A stretch of 22,368 nt of DNA from an uncultured archaeon. GTDB taxonomy: Archaea; Thermoproteota; Bathyarchaeia; Bathyarchaeales; Bathycorpusculaceae. The notes beneath the pieces were generated by a model. That model made no database searches. It had not been told where the DNA came from and saw only the letters and a list, made by a program, of their open reading frames with translations. The translations under genes and the position numbers were made by a program. Each line of letters starts with the position of its first letter. Position 1 is the first letter of the stretch. Of this stretch, positions 16,009-22,368 are shown one piece after another. The stretch covers positions 1-22,368 of the forward strand of contig CAWENF010000016.1 of NCBI GenBank assembly GCA_963810275.1, given 5' to 3'.

Positions 16009-16610
16009 GTGTACCAAAAAAACCCCATAGCTGTCATTGCATTATCAATAATTTGTGTACTCTTTAGCGCCGGTTTAGTCACTACAATGATGCTTTATTT
16101 GCCCATCTAAGACGAAATAAGCGGCCAGCAGCAAACTATCCAAACGCTTAACCAGCGAAAAGTCACATTAGAGAAGGAAGTCGTTAACGCCCCCGACTTA
16201 TCAGTTTGTCAAAAGCCTTTTCAGTCAACTGGAAGCCACGGTGCCAACGCTTTTCAACAGCACTTTAGCCTAATATATAGATGAGTATGGTCAACCATCT
16301 AACATAGTGGCGCTTAACACGCATAGCCTCGCCTAAAGCCATACAGCTGATTTAGCGCCTGAAGGAGAAACGTTACTGTTTTCGAAGCCACTTTGGGTTA
16401 TGAATTTAATCTTGGAAGATACTACTTTCGAAATTCATCACCTAATTATGCACTAATAATCTATACGTTCAGAGACAACTCGTACACGTTTAATCGCACT
16501 TTAGGTGTGGTTATTTCCAGGGTCGCCTACTAATATAGAAATGGTAATTGAAACTTTTAAGCCGGAAGAGAGGACCCATGTGGAAGCCGTAATTACTTAT
16601 TTACTTATTA
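16009..16610 (+). pseudogene. Decayed membrane-anchored coiled-coil protein
   Basis: VYQKNPIAVIALSIICVLFSAGLVTTMMLYLPI* (stop 16108) reads on in frame as DEISGQQQTIQTLNQRKVTLEKEV. Later beta-rich fragments (NYALIIYTFRDNSYTFNRTLG; TNIEMVIETF...VEAVITY) lie in broken frames. Confidence 0.5.
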
Positions 16611-16688
16611 CTGTTGGCCATCATTTTTTGTGTTTGCATCTACTAATAAGGCACGGTGTACACTGTAAAAATTAGGAGACTCCTTTTT

Positions 16689-18782
16689 ATGTCACACAAC
16701 CCTGTTACCAATAATAAAAAGCCTAATCGCTTAATCAGCGAGAAGAGTCCTTATCTTTTGCAGCACGCCTATAACCCGGTAGATTGGTACCCTTGGGGGG
16801 ATGAAGCATTTGAGCGGGCTAAGGCCGAGAATAAACCTGTTTTTGTCTCCATCGGCTACTCCTCCTGCCATTGGTGCCATGTTATGGAGAAAGAATCCTT
16901 CGAAGACTCCCAAGTGGCACACTTGATGAACGATGCATTTGTGTGTATCAAGGTCGACAGAGAAGAACGTCCAGACATCGACGCCGTGTACATGGCTGTT
17001 TGTCAAGCGATGGGTAAAAACTGCGGTTGGCCTCTAAATGTGATTTTAACTCCTAACAAGAAGCCGTTTTTTGTAGCCAGCTACATTCCAAAAGACAACC
17101 GCTACGGTGCATATGGCATGATTGATTTGGTTCCTCAAATCAAGGTTGTTTACGAGAAACAACACTTAGAAATGGAGGCAAGGGGCACTGAATTGCAGGA
17201 GCGGATAAGTACTTTGCCGCAGCCCGCCCCGATGGAAAGCGAACTAGGCAAAATTGAACTGGATGAAGCATATGACCAGCTTTATCTAGCTTTTGACCAC
17301 GAAAACGGCGGGTTTGGCGTTCAGCCTAAATTTCCAACGCCCCACAACCTTATGTTTCTGATGCGGTATTACCAGCAAACGAAACAGGAGGGGGCATGGA
17401 CCATGGTTGAGCGAACATTAAGGGCGATGCGGTTAGGCGGCATTTTTGACCAAGTCGGGTTAGGTTTTCACCGCTACTCCACCGACTCTCGGTGGCTGGT
17501 GCCGCACTTCGAGAAAATGCTCTACGACCAGGCCATGCTATGCTTAGCTTACGTGGAGGCGTACCAGCTTTCGGGACAACTAAAATTTAAAGTAACATCA
17601 AAAGAAACGCTGGATTATATATTGCGCGATTTGACTTCGCCAGAGGGCTGCTTCTACTCGGCGGAGGACGCTGACAGTGAGGGGGAGGAGGGCAAATTTT
17701 ATCTCTGGACGCAGGAGGATTTGCAGGAAGTGTTGCCGCCGGAGCTTTTCGAGTTTGCCAAAGAGCTCTATGGTGTGCGGCCGTTGGGCAACTATTTCGA
17801 GCAGGGCAAGGGTAGAGAGGGAAAAAATATTCTGCACATTGCTGTACCAATTGAGGAGATGGCATCTAAACACGACTGGACCGTTGATCAGGTTATCGGG
17901 AAGATGTCGCAGACTGTGAATTTATTGTTTGAAGCGCGCAAAAACCGGGTGCGCCCTTCACTAGATGATAAGGTGTTGGTGGACTGGAATGGCTTAACTA
18001 TAGCCGCCTTAGCCAAAGCAGCCCAAACGTTTGGCGAACAAAAATACCTCCTCGCAGCCGAGAAAGCCGCTGACTTTATCCTCTCTGAGTTGCGCAAAGA
18101 CGACGGTGGACTCTACCACCGCTACGCCAAGAAAGAAAAAGCCATAGACGCTTTTCTTGACGACTACGCTTACCTAACATACGGGTTGATAGAGCTCTAT
18201 GAGGCGGGACTCGACGAGATTTACCTTCAAGAAGCAATAGCATTGACCAAACGCATGATTGAGAATTTCTGGGACCCAAAAAACGGAGGATTCTACCTCT
18301 CAGCATCCGCCCAGGAGACCCTTCCACAGATGAAACAGACCCATGACGGCGCCATACCGTCCGGCAACTCAGTGGCACTCCACGACCTGCTTAGACTCTC
18401 GCGTTTAAGCGGCGAAGTCAAATTCGAAGAATACGCAAATAAGCTACTTCGGGCGGTCTCTGAGGAAGTTAAAGCGTACCCGATGGGCCACACTTTCCTG
18501 CTCTCTGGACTATACTTATCGATGGGACCTTCCTACACTGTGGTCTTAGCAGGGGGAATCCATGAAGAAGACACGCAGACTATGCTTGCCGAGTTGCGGA
18601 AACGGTTTATGCCAAACGTGACGGTGCGGTTGTGGACACCTGAGAACGCCCAAGCTAAGCCGATGGCCACAAACTATGAACGAATCGGAGGAAAATCCAC
18701 CGCTTACGTTTGCAAAAACCAGATGTGTATGCCGCCCACCAACGACTCATCGAAAATGCTTGAGTATTTGGATGCAAAGTAG
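16689..18782 (+). CDS. Thioredoxin-domain/six-hairpin glycosidase-like protein (YyaL/SPATA20, DUF255)
   Basis: Motifs [54 protein letters not shown] and DDK.L.DWNGL. SD AGGAGA favours ATG 16689. Confidence 0.95.
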   Translation: MSHNPVTNNKKPNRLISEKSPYLLQHAYNPVDWYPWGDEAFERAKAENKPVFVSIGYSSCHWCHVMEKESFEDSQVAHLMNDAFVCIKVDREERPDIDAVYMAVCQAMGKNCGWPLNVILTPNKKPFFVASYIPKDNRYGAYGMIDLVPQIKVVYEKQHLEMEARGTELQERISTLPQPAPMESELGKIELDEAYDQLYLAFDHENGGFGVQPKFPTPHNLMFLMRYYQQTKQEGAWTMVERTLRAMRLGGIFDQVGLGFHRYSTDSRWLVPHFEKMLYDQAMLCLAYVEAYQLSGQLKFKVTSKETLDYILRDLTSPEGCFYSAEDADSEGEEGKFYLWTQEDLQEVLPPELFEFAKELYGVRPLGNYFEQGKGREGKNILHIAVPIEEMASKHDWTVDQVIGKMSQTVNLLFEARKNRVRPSLDDKVLVDWNGLTIAALAKAAQTFGEQKYLLAAEKAADFILSELRKDDGGLYHRYAKKEKAIDAFLDDYAYLTYGLIELYEAGLDEIYLQEAIALTKRMIENFWDPKNGGFYLSASAQETLPQMKQTHDGAIPSGNSVALHDLLRLSRLSGEVKFEEYANKLLRAVSEEVKAYPMGHTFLLSGLYLSMGPSYTVVLAGGIHEEDTQTMLAELRKRFMPNVTVRLWTPENAQAKPMATNYERIGGKSTAYVCKNQMCMPPTNDSSKMLEYLDAK

Positions 18783-19224
18783 AAAAACAATAAAAGCTTC
18801 GTTTGCAAAATTGCATCCATGGGCCATTCCAACCCTATCTGAAATTGTAATTGCTGCTAAGACCCGTCCAGAAGTATACATCGCAGTCCAATGGGCACAG
18901 CAAGATGGCTGTAACCCCCCGGCTTAATCGATTTAGGATGCTTCTGCCAACCGATCCCACAGCTTTCTATGCAACCACGCTAAACAGCGAGAAATCATGG
19001 TCGTCATATCACTTATCCACTACCCCGACTCGGTTACAGTTCCAAGTCAAACCATTTATCTGTACATTCTCGACCCCCCTACATCGCAGGCACAGAATTT
19101 GCTAGAAATAGGCAGATGCAGAATGTTTTCGGCGTGATTATGAGTACCGTGGTTAGGATGTACTCTAATAAATCCCCTGACGTGGGTTATGCAAGGTTTT
19201 TTGGGTGACAAGGTTTGAGCTCGG

Positions 19225-19893
19225 TTAATGCCTTTTTTTGTATTTTTCTTTGGGCACTCTACCTTTCGGCTTGGTTTTAGCTTTGGTTTTAGGTTGATGT
19301 TTGCTCATCGCAGAAGCCTTCCGCAAATCAGCAGGCGACGTAGCTGTGAAAAAGGAGCGAAATTCAGGGTCAATCTGCTCAATAACCAGCGTTGATAGGT
19401 ACCTTACACCTTGCAATTTTTCCACCATCGCAGCCATGTCCGCTCTTCCCTCACAGAGAACTGCTTTTGCGGCTTCAATAGCCCTGGCAGTATTATATAC
19501 CGCGTGTAGAGGCTCAGGTTCCTGGTTGGTCCATCGGGGCACAACCGCCGCTTTTCCGGGTGCACATTCGAAGAGCAGCAAGAGCAGATCGGGTAACACG
19601 AAGGGGCTTCCTGCGGGTAACACGAGTGTGTAGTCGCCCTGTGCAGCTTCAAACCCTGCAAGTGCCCCGAATAGTTTGCCCTCGAAAGGTGCTGGGTTAA
19701 CGGTAAATTTTACGTCTGGCGCTACAAGTTTCGCATAAGCGTCAGCGCATTCCTGTGAGTCCACGACTACGATTATTTCGTTCACCAAATTCCTAATCGT
19801 GTCGACTACGTAGTTGAGGAGTGGTTTGCCTTCCAGTTCAGAAACAGCCTGCGCTGTAATCCCGCCTGCTAAAATAACAGCTGACTTATCCAT
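19225..19893 (-). CDS. MobA-like (molybdenum cofactor guanylyltransferase fold) protein with degenerate active site
   Basis: ILAGG, GKPL, EPLHAVY and SFF....ADL are present. The RxGxDK, GPL, CDxP and NxNT motifs are altered. Confidence 0.8.
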   Translation of the reverse strand: MDKSAVILAGGITAQAVSELEGKPLLNYVVDTIRNLVNEIIVVVDSQECADAYAKLVAPDVKFTVNPAPFEGKLFGALAGFEAAQGDYTLVLPAGSPFVLPDLLLLLFECAPGKAAVVPRWTNQEPEPLHAVYNTARAIEAAKAVLCEGRADMAAMVEKLQGVRYLSTLVIEQIDPEFRSFFTATSPADLRKASAMSKHQPKTKAKTKPKGRVPKEKYKKRH

Positions 19894-20147
19894 GAATAAA
19901 CATCCTTGAAAAGATACCTAAACGATCAAGTTTAAGACTTTTGCGGGAAAAACAAACTAAACATGTCTCTACATCACACCATAACAATTAATCTAACGCT
20001 ATGTTGGAATATACAAGAAAACAACATTGTCACGTTGGGCCAAACAAAAAAACGATATATTTCAATGAAAACTAAAACATAAAGAAGTTAATTTATTTCT
20101 CGTAAGAAACATCACAAATAAAGAGAGAACAAAAAGTCAAAAGAAGT

Positions 20148-20936
20148 CTATTTGACTTCGTTTTGGTCGATTCTTTGTGCCATTTCCGAAACGATTCTTG
20201 TAAATGGGTGGTCAGGCTTATCCTGTACAAAAATGAAGTTGCCCTCGGCGCGTAGCACCTCGCAGAAACAGGGTACGATGCCCAGAAGCGGCACTTGGTA
20301 ATCGGCTTTGATTTTGGCTGACATTTCGGCTTTTCTTGATGTAGCAGAGGGATCAAGCACTTTGTTTAAGACAAGACCGGTTTTCTTTTCAAACAAGTTG
20401 TAGAGTTCTGAGAGCATTCGTTTAGTGCCGTCGACATCGGAACGGTCGCCGGTGGTTGCGACTACTACAAAGTCGGCTGCAACTATGGCGTTGATTGAGC
20501 TGTATTGGAGTCCTGGGCTGGTGTCAAAGACTAGGTAGTCAAATTTTTGGTCACGAAGCAACGTCTCCCTTAGCGCCAAAAGCCGTCCTAATGCACGCAT
20601 TTCCCATTTTCTGTCTTTACTTGACATGTCTCGTATCGCTTCGGTCGTGGGGTTTGCTATGCACGCGTAGAGTTTTCCTCCGTTGACGCGGTCGCTTAAA
20701 TCAACCAGTCCCTTGTTGATTTCGCAGTTGTTGTTTAAGTAATCGTTTAGGTAGAACTCGGGGTTTTGGACTTTTAGGATGGCAAACAGGCTTGGCGCCC
20801 GAAAGTCCAAGTCAAATACGCAAACCTTTTTTCCCATCTTCGCAAGTGTTGCAGCCAAACTAACGGACATAGAGGTTTTGCCGGTTCCGCCTTTATAGGA
20901 ATGTACAGCAATAATTTTTGACGCCATATCCATCAA
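20148..20936 (-). CDS. ParA/MinD family ATPase
   Basis: Deviant Walker A HSYKGGTGKT, A' FDLDFRAP and Walker B FDTSPG. The start overlaps the upstream gene's stop. Confidence 0.92.
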   Translation of the reverse strand: MMDMASKIIAVHSYKGGTGKTSMSVSLAATLAKMGKKVCVFDLDFRAPSLFAILKVQNPEFYLNDYLNNNCEINKGLVDLSDRVNGGKLYACIANPTTEAIRDMSSKDRKWEMRALGRLLALRETLLRDQKFDYLVFDTSPGLQYSSINAIVAADFVVVATTGDRSDVDGTKRMLSELYNLFEKKTGLVLNKVLDPSATSRKAEMSAKIKADYQVPLLGIVPCFCEVLRAEGNFIFVQDKPDHPFTRIVSEMAQRIDQNEVK

Positions 20937-21286
20937 CTCTGTGACTCCCGATCTACATAGAAATACGCTTTCCGCCCTTGGCGCTCCTTCTTAAGATAAC
21001 CCATGATCACCAACTGATTAAGATATGCACTTTCCACTGCACGCGCACGTTCCGTTTGCTCAGCAATCTCCTCAGCAGTAGCACGCCCACTACGGCAAAT
21101 AGTCATAGCAGTTTTACGCAAATGATCAGGCATAGACAACAATGTCATAACATCCAAGGAAGCATCAGGAAGAATTGCTCCAATCTTGGGATTCCCACCA
21201 CCATTGTTCCTTTGGAGCTCAATCATAACCTCCATCTTAGCATTCAACCTTTCGAGGTTCTCCTCAATTTTCTCCAAAATACTCAA
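20933..21286 (-). CDS. Coiled-coil + helix-turn-helix DNA-binding protein
   Basis: N-terminal heptads (ILEKIEENLERLNAKMEVM), then wHTH ATAEEIA..T.RARAVES.YLNQLV.MGYL.K.R.GR..YF. TTG 21286 is the probable start (the ORF extends to 21325). Confidence 0.85.
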   Translation of the reverse strand: MSILEKIEENLERLNAKMEVMIELQRNNGGGNPKIGAILPDASLDVMTLLSMPDHLRKTAMTICRSGRATAEEIAEQTERARAVESAYLNQLVIMGYLKKERQGRKAYFYVDRESQS

Positions 21287-21489
21287 AGGCTTCCTACTAG
21301 ACAAATTAGTACGAATCAAACACAATTCCCCGAACTGTTTTTCACATATACACTTAATGAGTACATATCAAAATACAGTTTATTAAGTCTTGCGAAACTA
21401 AAATACATATTCAAAAAACAACAAATATACAACAAATGTCAAAAAATATTAGGAATTGATAAAATAATGTTGGGTATAAAATTGGGCGG

Positions 21490-21783
21490 TTAGTAGGGGG
21501 CGGGCGCTTGGTTCCGAGCTTCCTCTACTATTGGCAAAACCTGTTTGAGTTCTTTGAAGTATTTTAGGACGGTTATGCCTCGTTGGGTTACTGCGAAGAC
21601 TACACGTCGTTTGCCGATGACGCGTTCTTCCACTAAGTCCTGTTTTATGAGGAAGTCAAGATATTCTTTGAGGACGCTGCAGTTAACGTTGGCTTTATAC
21701 ATTACGTGGGTTAGTTTTAGGGGACCACGGTGTGCAAGTACGGTTAGGATGTCCACATACATTTCGAGTTTGGATCGACGCAC
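21490..21783 (-). CDS. Winged-helix DNA-binding protein (HTH_45/DUF4364, ArnR1-like)
   Basis: RRSKLE..VDIL..L......T.VMYKAN.N...LK.YL..L....L and VT.RG. SD GAGGAG. Confidence 0.9.
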   Translation of the reverse strand: MRRSKLEMYVDILTVLAHRGPLKLTHVMYKANVNCSVLKEYLDFLIKQDLVEERVIGKRRVVFAVTQRGITVLKYFKELKQVLPIVEEARNQAPAPY

Positions 21784-21875
21784 TTTATACTCCTCGTGTT
21801 TGTGTTTTATGATTCATGCTTTGAGTATAAATCACTTATGTATTACTAATCAGCAGATATTTCCATGGCAAGCGC

Positions 21876-22055
21876 TTAGCAGATAGCTTTTTCTGTTGCA
21901 GTGTTTAACACGTTTAATCTATTTTCGAAGGCAGTCACCATGTCATCTAGCAATATTGAACGCAATTCTGTTGGCAGATCGACGATTTCCTGATTAAACA
22001 CTGTGGAAAGTTTTGCTTCGAGTTCTTTTCTATTTTTATCCGCATTTTGTTTCAT
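21876..22055 (-). CDS. Small hypothetical helical protein (~59 aa)
   Basis: SD GAGGA upstream of ATG 22055. Amphipathic LPTELRSILLDDMVTAFENRLNVL. Confidence 0.65.
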   Translation of the reverse strand: MKQNADKNRKELEAKLSTVFNQEIVDLPTELRSILLDDMVTAFENRLNVLNTATEKAIC

Positions 22056-22368
22056 ACACACATCATCCTCTATTTGAAAGTAAAATCCAAATATGCGCAA
22101 GACGTATAACTTACTTATGAAGACATCTTCAAAACCCAAAATTAGTAATCTAAACACTAAGCATTACAATTAATTGACAATCTTTATTTGTAGTCCTAAT
22201 TTTAATACATCTAAAACTACCAATTATATATTATCTTATTTCATTCATAACCTAATGTAGCCATTCAAACTGAAGTGAAACTTTTTTAGCAGCCGTCCAA
22301 AAGCTTGTTAGTGATGTTTGTACAGCCACAAACCGGTTAAATCTCACTTTGAGGCATTTGAATTTTGA

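Noticed and set aside
16224-16243. ORB-like TCAACTGGAAGCCACGGTG
   Set aside because: Lies inside a decayed coding sequence, is isolated and has several mismatches.
18676-19105. ORFs downstream of YyaL
   Set aside because: Overlapping short frames without motifs; at most unidentifiable debris.
20978-21493. 171-aa plus-strand ORF and other antisense ORFs over nnr, apt, htrA, YyaL and the MobA-like gene
   Set aside because: Shadow ORFs opposite well-supported genes.

Overview
Archaeal chromosomal DNA, most likely Bathyarchaeia/TACK. This is inferred from Tsr3, an Hjc-like nuclease, an HTH_45 winged helix, an L38e-like remnant, a TACK-type tRNA-Val and archaeal TATA/SD signals. The right part (7.9-22.4 kb) is mostly housekeeping: nnr, tsr3, a macrodomain, apt/mtaP, HtrA, an ArsR-type wHTH plus membrane protein, YyaL/SPATA20, a degenerate MobA-like protein, an HTH + ParA/MinD pair and HTH_45. 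Three of these otherwise intact genes carry single +1 frameshifts. The left part (0-7.9 kb) is gene-poor, with eroded remnants (tRNA-Val, L38e, ABC transporter) around four intact larger genes: a nicotinamidase, YjbQ and two PD-(D/E)XK nucleases. The main unexplained signal is a non-palindromic ~28-bp element, GTATACAAAAGCATC-N4-AAACAYAGT. It occurs six times, only in non-coding DNA between 1.09 and 7.89 kb, in both orientations, with an invariant 15-bp core. Near-identical inverted pairs bracket pncA-yjbQ and the two nucleases, and several copies continue into a shared TTTTCGA..CTTATAT promoter-like block. Its function is unknown (origin/iteron, centromere-like, recombination or upstream-activator site).
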